NCBI GenBank assembly: GCA_046497485.1 | Contig: JAWOFP010000034.1 | Location: 1-43,755 of the forward strand | Direction: 5' to 3' | DNA length: 43,755 nucleotides | Source of the DNA: Candidatus Nanohaloarchaea archaeon | Lineage (GTDB): Archaea; Nanohalarchaeota; Nanosalinia; Nanosalinales; Nanosalinaceae | Part shown: positions 27,190 to 35,865 of the stretch, one piece after another | Position numbering within the stretch: position 1 is the stretch's first letter | Layout: each line of letters opens with the position of its first letter | Position numbers and translations under genes: made by a program | The notes under the pieces: generated by a model | Seen by the model: the letters and a program-made list of their open reading frames with translations, nothing else | Told to the model about the DNA's origin: nothing | The model's database searches: none

Positions 27190-27611
27190 TAGTTTTTACC
27201 TCCTATATGTTTAGCTACATCTCCAAGTTTTACATAGTTCCTGTTCATCAATTCATCTCCTTCCTTCACATTAATCTCTTCAATTTCTTCATCTGCGAAC
27301 TCTCGAGGAACTCCAAGGTAAGTCTTTACAAGGGCGTGCTGCTCTCTTCCAGACTTTTTCTCCTTTGGAAGCATTCCACGGACAGTCCTCTTGAAAATCT
27401 TATCACTTCTCTTTGGGAAATAAGGACCTGTGTCTCTCCGACCTCTATCGTATTTCTGCTTGTAATCCGCGAAAATCTTATCTTGGTCGCCAGAGATCAC
27501 GATTCCCTCACTGTTTACAACTCTGACTTCCTCGCCGTCTCTTACTTCGGATGCGATATGGGAAGCGAGTCTTCCGAGAATCTTTCCTGATCCATCAATT
27601 ATCTTTGTCAT
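27189..27611 (-). CDS. rpl13: 50S ribosomal protein L13 (uL13)
   Basis: IIDG...ILGRLAS, GP..PK and RTVRGMLP motifs. Confidence 0.97.
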   Translation of the reverse strand: MTKIIDGSGKILGRLASHIASEVRDGEEVRVVNSEGIVISGDQDKIFADYKQKYDRGRRDTGPYFPKRSDKIFKRTVRGMLPKEKKSGREQHALVKTYLGVPREFADEEIEEINVKEGDELMNRNYVKLGDVAKHIGGKN

Positions 27612-27614
27612 TAT

Positions 27615-27965
27615 TTATTTCACCATTTTGAGGCCTTCTGCTTCAGGATTTTCCTCAAATAAATCCTCGATAAACATGAAGTCTCCGGATTCTTCGATCT
27701 GGTTCTGGGCATTGTTAGAAGCCTTGAATGCTGCTACATTGACTTCTTTCGATAGTCGTCCAGAGCCTAAAACTTTCCCGGGAACGACAACTGTGTCGCC
27801 TTCTTCAGTATTCCTTTCAATGTCAGAAAGGTTGACTTCAGGCCTTCTACGATTTACTTTTCCAAGATTTTGTGCTACATCGTTCCAGAAAGAAGCGTCT
27901 GCTTCCTCTAGGGATTCGATGGTTTCAATTAAAATCGGGTTTGTAGGATCTGCTTTATTATCCAT
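27615..27965 (-). CDS. rpl18e: 50S ribosomal protein L18e (eL18)
   Basis: TNP, RR.EVNL..I and VVPGKVLGSG; start placed at ATG 27965. Confidence 0.95.
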   Translation of the reverse strand: MDNKADPTNPILIETIESLEEADASFWNDVAQNLGKVNRRRPEVNLSDIERNTEEGDTVVVPGKVLGSGRLSKEVNVAAFKASNNAQNQIEESGDFMFIEDLFEENPEAEGLKMVK

Positions 27966-28049
27966 AATTAAATTGCACCTCGCCACACTAGTGTGACTGC
28001 TGGTAAATAAGTTAATGAAAGACAAGATTTTTAAACACAGATATCAGCA

Positions 28050-28382
28050 CTATCTCCAAGGAATATAGACTATCTCATTTTTCAGTTGGTCTACAGATAT
28101 TGAATTAAGTACCTTAATAACATCTGATGCTGTCCGTTTTTTACTCTGGCGTTTAGTTTGAAGAATAACGCCAACTTGATTCTCCTCACTTAATTTTCTG
28201 AAATCATCATCCCTTGTAAGTATAGAACGGTCGTGCTCTTGAGCATATTCAACCAACTTCATGTCGCCAACACCTTTCATATCAAGATCTTGAATATGTA
28301 CGACATCTATACCATAGGCCTCTAGTCTTTTGACAACAGTCTTTGAGATATGTTCATCCGCTAACAACTTGTGATCAGGCAT
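28050..28382 (-). CDS. DUF5615 PIN-like toxin
   Basis: LLADEHI, G..D....YA and ILTRDDDF motifs. Confidence 0.88.
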   Translation of the reverse strand: MPDHKLLADEHISKTVVKRLEAYGIDVVHIQDLDMKGVGDMKLVEYAQEHDRSILTRDDDFRKLSEENQVGVILQTKRQSKKRTASDVIKVLNSISVDQLKNEIVYIPWR

Positions 28383-28617
28383 TTGCCTCTACCTTGGATC
28401 TGAGCTCCTCACGCACAGTTTTCTTGTTATCATAGAAAAATCTTAATGCATCAAGAACCTGCTGAGGTTCAATACCATATTCTTTAGAAATCTCTTCAAT
28501 ATCCCATCCTAGTTCTTGATAGGCCTCCACTACATCCACAACACGGATCCTAGTGCCTTTAATCCTATGCTTGCCTCCGAAATGTCCTTCAGTGGAAACA
28601 ATATTTTCTTCAGCCAT
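28375..28617 (-). CDS. DUF433 antitoxin
   Basis: GGK.RIKGTRI.V..V and I..EY.I...QV.DAL motifs. Confidence 0.9.
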   Translation of the reverse strand: MAEENIVSTEGHFGGKHRIKGTRIRVVDVVEAYQELGWDIEEISKEYGIEPQQVLDALRFFYDNKKTVREELRSKVEANA

Positions 28618-28671
28618 AAATTATTCTGATTAATTAATTGATAAATATATTCCGGTAGGCCACCACATGGA

Positions 28672-29148
28672 CTAACCTGAGTAATCTACAAACAAGTTAT
28701 CTGGGGCTATTGGGGCTTCGCCGCCGACACTGAAAGGCCCTGTAACAGTTCCTGTGGCGCTTTGGTCATCGAGGCCTTCAATACTGTAAACTAGTTCTAT
28801 ATCAAAACTATTGCAGCCGCTGGATTCCTCAAATCCTGTAACTGTTACAGAAGAAACTCCTCCCGGATCTAGATCGCCATCCGTCACCGCAATAGAGCTG
28901 TTCTCAATTACGACTTCCTGAATCTCTACATTATCAGATCTCCTGTTCTCAAGAGCAATTGCTAACTCACTACCCGTAGTAAGGCCGAAATCCTGGATCT
29001 GGACGCTTTCACCTACAAAACCTGAACTCGACTCAACACAAGCAGTTCCAAAACTAGAGTAGGCGACACCTGAAACAATCGAGACCGTTATCAGCATCCA
29101 GCCATAGGTCGTCAAGTACTCGATCGCAGACTGCCCTTTCCTATTCAT
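28672..29148 (-). CDS. type IV pilin-like protein #3 with a C-terminal FN3 A-strand-like tail
   Basis: MNRKG|QSAIEYLTTYGW; ends APIAPDNLFVDYSG; ATG overlaps the upstream gene's stop. Confidence 0.85.
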   Translation of the reverse strand: MNRKGQSAIEYLTTYGWMLITVSIVSGVAYSSFGTACVESSSGFVGESVQIQDFGLTTGSELAIALENRRSDNVEIQEVVIENSSIAVTDGDLDPGGVSSVTVTGFEESSGCNSFDIELVYSIEGLDDQSATGTVTGPFSVGGEAPIAPDNLFVDYSG

Positions 29149-32030
29149 GGGTTCGAACCTCCAAGGCATTGATCGCCTCCGTCCTGATAACCTGCTTTTT
29201 CTCCCCCAAACCTGTTCCAGGCCTCAACCTGGTAACAATCACTTTGAGAATTATCTTTCAAGCCTGGATTAGCGACTCCAATTTGATAGAGATCATTTTG
29301 ATCAGAGCTTAAATCTTCAATCGGCACCGAAGCCACCTGACTGTAACTAGAGTTAGATGTAGCATTGTAAAGCACCCGGAACTCATCGACATTGTCTCCG
29401 GGATGAGTGAACTCAACTTCTGCTACATGAGTTGAGAAGTCGATAGTATTTGAAACAAACTCGCTGCTGTCTAAAGGTTCAGTTCCTGAAAGATAATAGG
29501 CCTCAGCACTGTAACCTTTGGAGTTCTCATTTACAATCCCGATTTTCGAAAGATTTAGAGAAATAACTTCTCCATCATCAACATTTCCTCTCGTAAACTG
29601 TCGAGTTTCAGTCCCGTTTGAAACATTAAACTCAAATCCCATATCTTTCTCTCCATCAGGATCAGAATCAACCTGGAACGCAATCGCATTCTCCCCATAT
29701 ACTTTCAGGTCTCCAAAGTTTCCAGGATTCAAGTTATCGCCGCTTGATATATCCTGAAGATTGTAATCCACGCCGTTTATATCTGCAACAGTAAAGTTGT
29801 AGAAATTATCGCTGTTATCCCTTTCAGCACCATAGGCCTCCAATGAGACATTCCATCTCTCAACAGAACCATTTCCGAAATCACTGATTCCTGAAGTATC
29901 GACCTGAACAGTATCTCCAGGATTAACATTGTTAGAAGTCTTAAAGTCGATTCCAGTAGATTCTCCAACCGTCACATTAATCGGGCTGTTACCATCAACA
30001 GTTACATTCAAGACAGGATTAGGATCGACAGACTCATCATGAGGCTCCGCCAAAGACACTTGAGGCCTCTCAACCGTTGTAAAGTTCCAGACCTGGCTTT
30101 GAGCACTTTGTCCATTGTAGGTAGAGTTAGAGTACCATTCATACTCTGTGCCTGGATCAAGATTCTGACTTTCTAGGCTTACATTGATCCTTTCATTTGG
30201 AGAGGAAAGATTGCCGCCTAAAGCAAGATCGCTCCCGGACTCATTCACAATATAGAACTCGAGGCCTGTCTCAATACCTGAAGAATTACTTTCCGCACTC
30301 AAATCCCAGTCAAGGCCTACCGGCTCAGAATCATTCTTCGGTAAAGGATTAACCGGAGGATTTAGTGTAGAGACATTGAGGACCTGAGTCGCGTAATCGC
30401 TGCCACTGGAAAAGTTTGCAGTATACTCTCCTGAATCGCCCTCACTCGTAGAAATACTCAAGGTCTCAGTAGTGGCGCTTCCTCCATCCAAAGTCAGAGA
30501 AGTAGAGTTGGAACCGAGACCCGGAATACTTAGATCCAATGTGGTGCTTCCATCAGCGCCCGTATTCTCAATCAAGGCCTCAACCTCAACATCATTGCCC
30601 TCAATCACAGGCTCATTGACATCCTGAACAGTAACAGCAAAGTAAGGCCCTGTTGCAAAACTAACGACGCCTCCAGACTCAGTGAAGAGCTGTGTTGTTG
30701 ACTTAGTTATTTTACTGCCTACCTCTCCATCCTCCGATTTTGCTCTAAATTCGTACTCAGTATCAGGATTCAAACCCTCAACTCTTTCTTTATAAAATCC
30801 GTCTACTGAACGCTTATCAGCATTTACAGTATTCCATGTTGATGCGCCTGTTTCTTTATACTGGAACTGCAGCTGGATTTGATCATTAATATCTCCAGTA
30901 AACTGTGATACATCAGTGATTTCTCCATTAAATCTAAACCAGTCAACACCGATATCTGCTCCAGTAGTTGAAATATTATACCTGCTGGTAGTATCAGAAT
31001 TTACGCTTCCACAGTAATCCTTTGTACAGGCTTCAAACTCGTAATCTGTATCAGGGTTAAGACCTGTGACAACCCGATTGAATGTTTCCGAGCTATCGAT
31101 AGTTCCTGCATCAACCTGCTGCCAACTCCCTCCTGTTTCCCTGTAATTAAACCATGCATTGATCGGGTCCTCTAAATTAGATAGACTTGAAGCTTCCCCT
31201 GTAAAGTTTAACGACCTATCACCTACTCCATCTGTTCCGGTTGTCAAAACACTGTAATCCTGAGTTGTGAAAGACTGCTGTCCTCCAGACTGCGTAAACA
31301 ACTGAGTAGTGTATTTTGTCAAGATGCTGCCTTGATAACCGTCCTCCGACTTAGCCCTGAACTCATACTCTGTATTCGGACTAAGGCCTTCAACACGCTC
31401 TTCAAATATGCCGTCACTATCCTTCAAATCTGCATTGGCAGTAGTCCAACTAGGTGCCCCAGCCTCTCTATACTGAAACTGCAACTGAATCATATCATCT
31501 ATAGTATCCGTAAAACCTGCAACATTCTGAATATCTCCTCTGAATCTCAGCCAATCGACCCCGATATCAACACCCTCAGTTGAAACACTATAAGTACTTG
31601 TTGTATCTGAATCGATCCCGCCTCCGTAGTCTTTAGTAAAAGCCTCAAATTCGTACTCAGTACCAGGATCAAGACCTGTAACTACACGGCTAAAAGCTTC
31701 TGAATCTTCAACTGTTCCAGCATCAACCTGCTGCCAAGAATCACTCGTCCCTGCTTCCCGATACTTAAACCAGGCCTCAACAGGATCATCAACAGAACTT
31801 AGGCCTGTAGTATTCCCTGTGAAATTCAAGGATTTATCGCCCACTCCATCCGTTCCAGTAGTATAAACCTGGTAATCCTGAGTAGTGAACGAAACATTTC
31901 CTCCCGGCTCAGTAAAGACATCTACAGCTAAGCCTCCAGCACTTAACACAACTAAGGTCAGCGATAGAACCAAAGCTCTAAAAACTAAAGTCAAAACATG
32001 CTTCCTTCCACTGTAGAGTTTCTTGAACAC
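29145..32030 (-). CDS. secreted multi-FN3/Ig-domain surface protein
   Basis: Signal peptide; duplicated ~206-aa unit of two FN3-like domains (GL.P.TEYEF); CARDB-like and further Ig-like domains. Confidence 0.85.
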   Translation of the reverse strand: MFKKLYSGRKHVLTLVFRALVLSLTLVVLSAGGLAVDVFTEPGGNVSFTTQDYQVYTTGTDGVGDKSLNFTGNTTGLSSVDDPVEAWFKYREAGTSDSWQQVDAGTVEDSEAFSRVVTGLDPGTEYEFEAFTKDYGGGIDSDTTSTYSVSTEGVDIGVDWLRFRGDIQNVAGFTDTIDDMIQLQFQYREAGAPSWTTANADLKDSDGIFEERVEGLSPNTEYEFRAKSEDGYQGSILTKYTTQLFTQSGGQQSFTTQDYSVLTTGTDGVGDRSLNFTGEASSLSNLEDPINAWFNYRETGGSWQQVDAGTIDSSETFNRVVTGLNPDTDYEFEACTKDYCGSVNSDTTSRYNISTTGADIGVDWFRFNGEITDVSQFTGDINDQIQLQFQYKETGASTWNTVNADKRSVDGFYKERVEGLNPDTEYEFRAKSEDGEVGSKITKSTTQLFTESGGVVSFATGPYFAVTVQDVNEPVIEGNDVEVEALIENTGADGSTTLDLSIPGLGSNSTSLTLDGGSATTETLSISTSEGDSGEYTANFSSGSDYATQVLNVSTLNPPVNPLPKNDSEPVGLDWDLSAESNSSGIETGLEFYIVNESGSDLALGGNLSSPNERINVSLESQNLDPGTEYEWYSNSTYNGQSAQSQVWNFTTVERPQVSLAEPHDESVDPNPVLNVTVDGNSPINVTVGESTGIDFKTSNNVNPGDTVQVDTSGISDFGNGSVERWNVSLEAYGAERDNSDNFYNFTVADINGVDYNLQDISSGDNLNPGNFGDLKVYGENAIAFQVDSDPDGEKDMGFEFNVSNGTETRQFTRGNVDDGEVISLNLSKIGIVNENSKGYSAEAYYLSGTEPLDSSEFVSNTIDFSTHVAEVEFTHPGDNVDEFRVLYNATSNSSYSQVASVPIEDLSSDQNDLYQIGVANPGLKDNSQSDCYQVEAWNRFGGEKAGYQDGGDQCLGGSNP
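30651..31920 (-). repeat. internal tandem duplication (~618-nt unit x2) in the FN3 protein
   Basis: The units SFTTQDY.V.TTGTDGVGD ... EYEFRAKSEDG align along their whole length. Confidence 0.85.
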
Positions 32031-32078
32031 TAAATAGAATATTTTTATCGTTAAATAAAAATGTATTAGCAGAAGTAT

Positions 32079-33362
32079 TTAGTTGAAATCATATGTAGCC
32101 ACATATCCATCGTATGAACTAGTTGCCATTTTAGATCCATCAGGGCTAAATGTTAGGCCATCAGCCCTGCTAGGAGGAGTTATGCTATCAATCTGTGTAG
32201 CCGTGCTAACGTCCCACGGAGCGGACATCTCATACTCATTCATAGTTGCTCCTCCTGCTGAATCAACAAGTATCAGTTTTGAGCCATCTTTGCTGACATG
32301 TATTGAATTGATATCTTCAGTAAGGCCTGAAGTCTTAGATGAAACAAATGAAGCCGTATTAATATCCCAGGGTTCTGATAGCTCATACAGAGAAACCTCA
32401 TCCCCATATCTGGCTAATATCATTTTAGAACCATCTGGGCTAAAATCGATATTGGAATATTCCTTGCTTAATACTTCTTGATATTCATAATTTGCCGTTG
32501 TTAAATCCCAAGGCGTACTTAAACTGTGATACGTAATCTCAGTTTCATCGTCATAATTAATGTAGATTTCATAATAACCAGATCCGTTAGGCATAAACGC
32601 ATAATCTCTACCATTTTCAGTAGTATCTACCCTCTCTCCTGCAGTATTTATATCCCATGGAGTAGAAAGCCTGTACTGATAAATTCCGCTATTTTCGATA
32701 TACATATAACTTCCATTTGAACTAAATTCTATATTGTCCGCATCTATAGAAAGCGTGGTGGAAGAAATTTCATTATAACTCCGTCCTAAATCAATTGAAG
32801 CCGAAGTAGGTAACTCTCCATTGTTAGACTCAAATTCTGAGACAAGAGCCTCTCTACCTTCTTGGCTCGTGGATGCATAAAAGTTATTAAAATCTATAGT
32901 GTCTAAATTTCCTGAAACAGCATTAAACAACTTTATGCCAATACCGCCTCTTGACAATTTTTCATCCAAATTTTCTTCTAAAGTGGTATCCCCCCATATT
33001 ACGGGTTCTGCATAAGCTTCAACACTATATCCAGTATCGGGAGACAATCCTGACGTTAGAGATTGAAGCTGTTCTTCATTAAATGCAATATTTGCCGGAC
33101 CTCTTTGACTTAATGAATTATCTTGAGAATAATTCCAATAAACTAATGCCGCATCGAAATCAGCGTCCAGTTGGTCTACTGTTGCTTGAAAAGTAGCTTC
33201 CGTTTCTTTCACGTTCGTAACTGGATCTGTAGTAACATTGAGATTGTATTCTCCGCTCTGTTGTGGAGAAACCTGTCCTACCGCGTTTGTGATAGCGAAC
33301 CCGATAAGGATTAGAAGGCCTATGCCTGCTGCAATATGATGCTTTTCTGTTTTAAGCTCCAT
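32079..33362 (-). CDS. secreted protein with an N-terminal FN3-like domain and a C-terminal beta-propeller
   Basis: Signal/TM; VTT......A.F.A...GLSPDTGY; repeated F...GS.....Y.LS.PWD..TA blades. Confidence 0.8.
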   Translation of the reverse strand: MELKTEKHHIAAGIGLLILIGFAITNAVGQVSPQQSGEYNLNVTTDPVTNVKETEATFQATVDQLDADFDAALVYWNYSQDNSLSQRGPANIAFNEEQLQSLTSGLSPDTGYSVEAYAEPVIWGDTTLEENLDEKLSRGGIGIKLFNAVSGNLDTIDFNNFYASTSQEGREALVSEFESNNGELPTSASIDLGRSYNEISSTTLSIDADNIEFSSNGSYMYIENSGIYQYRLSTPWDINTAGERVDTTENGRDYAFMPNGSGYYEIYINYDDETEITYHSLSTPWDLTTANYEYQEVLSKEYSNIDFSPDGSKMILARYGDEVSLYELSEPWDINTASFVSSKTSGLTEDINSIHVSKDGSKLILVDSAGGATMNEYEMSAPWDVSTATQIDSITPPSRADGLTFSPDGSKMATSSYDGYVATYDFN

Positions 33363-33461
33363 TGATCATGTTTGTGGATTCTTTGTTTTTATATTTTGGA
33401 ATTTTTGTTGACGGCAATCTTGTTGGGTAAGAGATTTAATTCTTTAGTCAAATTGTTTGTT

Positions 33462-33686
33462 ATGACTAGTATTGTTGAGTCTGAAGGAGTTGTGGGCGGG
33501 AAGCCTAGGGTTGAAGGTACTCGTGTCCAGGTTGATGATGTTGTAGGGGCTTACCGTGAGTGGGATTGGAGTATTGAGAGAATTGCGTCAGAGTATGATT
33601 TGAGTGTTCCACAGGTTTTGGATGCTTTAAAGTATTATTACAATAATATGAGTGATTTTCCAGCAGACTCTGATGTAGAGGCTTGA
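33462..33686 (+). CDS. DUF433 antitoxin
   Basis: GGKPRVEGTRV.V..V and QVLDALKYY; start placed at ATG 33462. Confidence 0.9.
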   Translation: MTSIVESEGVVGGKPRVEGTRVQVDDVVGAYREWDWSIERIASEYDLSVPQVLDALKYYYNNMSDFPADSDVEA

Positions 33687-33691
33687 TTAAA

Positions 33692-34030
33692 ATGGCGTTA
33701 AAGCTTTTAGCAGATGAGAATATTCCTAATGCTGTAGTTGATCAGCTTGATAAAACTAATATCGATGTTATTTCTGTAAATGGGTTGATGAAAGGAGGAA
33801 GCGATGTAGAAGTTTTTGAAAAAGCTGTAGAGGACGAAAGAGCAGTTTTAACAATTGATAAAGATTTTGTGTCAGGTCTTGAAGAAGAATTTAAGCATTA
33901 TGGAATAATCAAGTTCCGAGAAAGATACAGGATAGGGAGAATGGTCAAAGATGTACAGAAGGTAAATTCTACACTGTCCAGCGAAGAATTAAATGGAACT
34001 ATAGTTTACCTTCCTTGGGGCAGCCAATAG
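33692..34030 (+). CDS. DUF5615 PIN-like toxin
   Basis: LLADENIP, G.SD..V...A and LT.DKDF motifs. Confidence 0.88.
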   Translation: MALKLLADENIPNAVVDQLDKTNIDVISVNGLMKGGSDVEVFEKAVEDERAVLTIDKDFVSGLEEEFKHYGIIKFRERYRIGRMVKDVQKVNSTLSSEELNGTIVYLPWGSQ

Positions 34031-34145
34031 TTTTGGATGCAGAATTTCTTGCCACACTCTCCAATTACAGCGTCTTGTACAATCCTTGGAAATTTCTTCA
34101 GTGCAGTTTGTTTCAGTAGTCGGAACTGTTGGAGATTCTGAATGC

Positions 34146-35801
34146 TTACTGCACTGTCAGAGTTCTATCACTCGAATATTCACTTTCTGAAGTACTTGGA
34201 ACATTTATTGAGGCCTGCCAGTTGTATTCTGTTGCGTTTAAATCTTGATTAAATGTATAGCTGTTTTGGTCAGCCGAGATAGATGTCTGATTGCTGAACT
34301 GTTCTTCCCCATTTATGCCTTCGCCTGATATCCTGAGATTTACATTAGTCTCCAAATCTAGACTGAATTCGAAGTTTACAGGGCTTGAGGCCTCCGCGTT
34401 GTCGGAAGGATTGTCTATACTGAAGGCTCCTATGTTTCCGTAGGCTCTAGTGTTTTCTATTTCTCTCTTGCTTGATTCCCAAGTGTTGGTTGAGTCTTCG
34501 ACTTCAATCCAGTACTCTTGAACTCCGGCCTGAGGGATCGGAGCTGTTACACCAGTATCTTCTCTGATATTAAGTCCGGGTTCTAGCGGCACCGAGGCCT
34601 CCCTATCTCCGTTTACTACGACATGTGCTTCCTGTCCTGTTCTGGCGTTGTCTACTTGGAACTCGAACTCATGCTCTGCTGTAACTGTATCGCCATCTGA
34701 CGGACTTGCTAGTATTATCTCAGGTCCCGAGTATTCTGGATCTGCTCTCATGAAGTCTGTATCTGTCTCAGTAAACCCATTTGCATCTTTTACTTCGAGC
34801 ACTATGTCATAGGCGCCTTCCTCTGGAATCGTGTAATCAACTGTTTCTCCTTGAAGAGTGTCGTTAAAGTTTTCATGATCGAAAGTCCAGTTATAGCTTG
34901 CGATTTCGTTTTGGCTTTCTGTACCTGAGGCATCAAAAGTAACTGTTTCTCCTGCGTACTCCATTCCTGAACGCTCCATTACAGGAGTTATATCTCCAGT
35001 CGACCCGGATTCTCTTTCTTCATATCCTTCTACTTGGAAGGTTTCCTCTATAGTTGAGGCCTTCAAAGTCATTTCTTGAGTGTTTGGAACTTGGAATGTT
35101 AGGCCTCCTGCAGTAGTTGTCTCTCCTAAATTATCTCCATTTAACTGGACCTGTTGGTTCCCTAGAGCTTCACCGTTTTCTAAAAGAGTTAGTCTATTTG
35201 TTTCTTCTGCTACAGGACTGCTGTCAAGTCTAAAACCTGTGAACCCTTTTTCATCATCTGAGCCATCGTCGGAATCCTGTGAGTCATCTTGATCATCTGA
35301 GTCTTCTGAATCATTATTTGAATCTTCAGAGCTCTCATCGGAACCATCTGAATCATCAGAACCCCCTGAATCATCCTGATTTGAGTCTCCCTGATCGGAA
35401 TCATCTGAGGCCTCTCTAGTCTCGCTCGCATCTTCCTCAACACTTATCTCATCTGTAGTATAGTATCCGTCATAGCTGACATTCACCGGGAAATCATTTT
35501 CCAGGCCTCTGACCATTAGTTTTCCATTCCTGTTAGTTTCTCCCACATTCAAGTTGTCGAGTCTGACAGTAGCGCCTTGAACATTTTCCCCATCTAAACT
35601 AACGGTTAAAGTCGTTAATTCATTCGGTTCCAGAGGCCTTTTATCGAACTCGACCTCTAAATCAGGTTCTTCATCTCCCCCAGTCAGAAAATCAGGGGAG
35701 AAATCGGCGATATATAGCCCGGAGACTACTAGAACTGTTGAAAGACCTAATATCCAGTATCCTAGCATTTCTGTATCTATTTCGTACTGTCCTGTCTCCA
35801 T
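34146..35801 (-). CDS. membrane-anchored surface protein with an Asp/Ser linker, PKD and Ig-like domains
   Basis: N-terminal TM; D/S low-complexity tract at about 35255-35430; VTFDAS.T......SY.W.F ... G.Y...L.V.D..G. Confidence 0.82.
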   Translation of the reverse strand: METGQYEIDTEMLGYWILGLSTVLVVSGLYIADFSPDFLTGGDEEPDLEVEFDKRPLEPNELTTLTVSLDGENVQGATVRLDNLNVGETNRNGKLMVRGLENDFPVNVSYDGYYTTDEISVEEDASETREASDDSDQGDSNQDDSGGSDDSDGSDESSEDSNNDSEDSDDQDDSQDSDDGSDDEKGFTGFRLDSSPVAEETNRLTLLENGEALGNQQVQLNGDNLGETTTAGGLTFQVPNTQEMTLKASTIEETFQVEGYEERESGSTGDITPVMERSGMEYAGETVTFDASGTESQNEIASYNWTFDHENFNDTLQGETVDYTIPEEGAYDIVLEVKDANGFTETDTDFMRADPEYSGPEIILASPSDGDTVTAEHEFEFQVDNARTGQEAHVVVNGDREASVPLEPGLNIREDTGVTAPIPQAGVQEYWIEVEDSTNTWESSKREIENTRAYGNIGAFSIDNPSDNAEASSPVNFEFSLDLETNVNLRISGEGINGEEQFSNQTSISADQNSYTFNQDLNATEYNWQASINVPSTSESEYSSDRTLTVQ

Positions 35802-35865
35802 TGAATAATCCTTAACTTTGTTTTGTTAAGCTCTGAATTAAAACTCTTCGATAGAAAGGAAAACT

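Noticed and set aside
34031..34145. Possible zinc-finger pseudogene fragment (ECGKKFC on the minus strand)
   Set aside because: Too short, with no start codon and an incomplete motif.
35255..35430. Repetitive tcatc/gaatc tract
   Set aside because: Explained by the Asp/Ser linker of the PKD protein; it is not an array.
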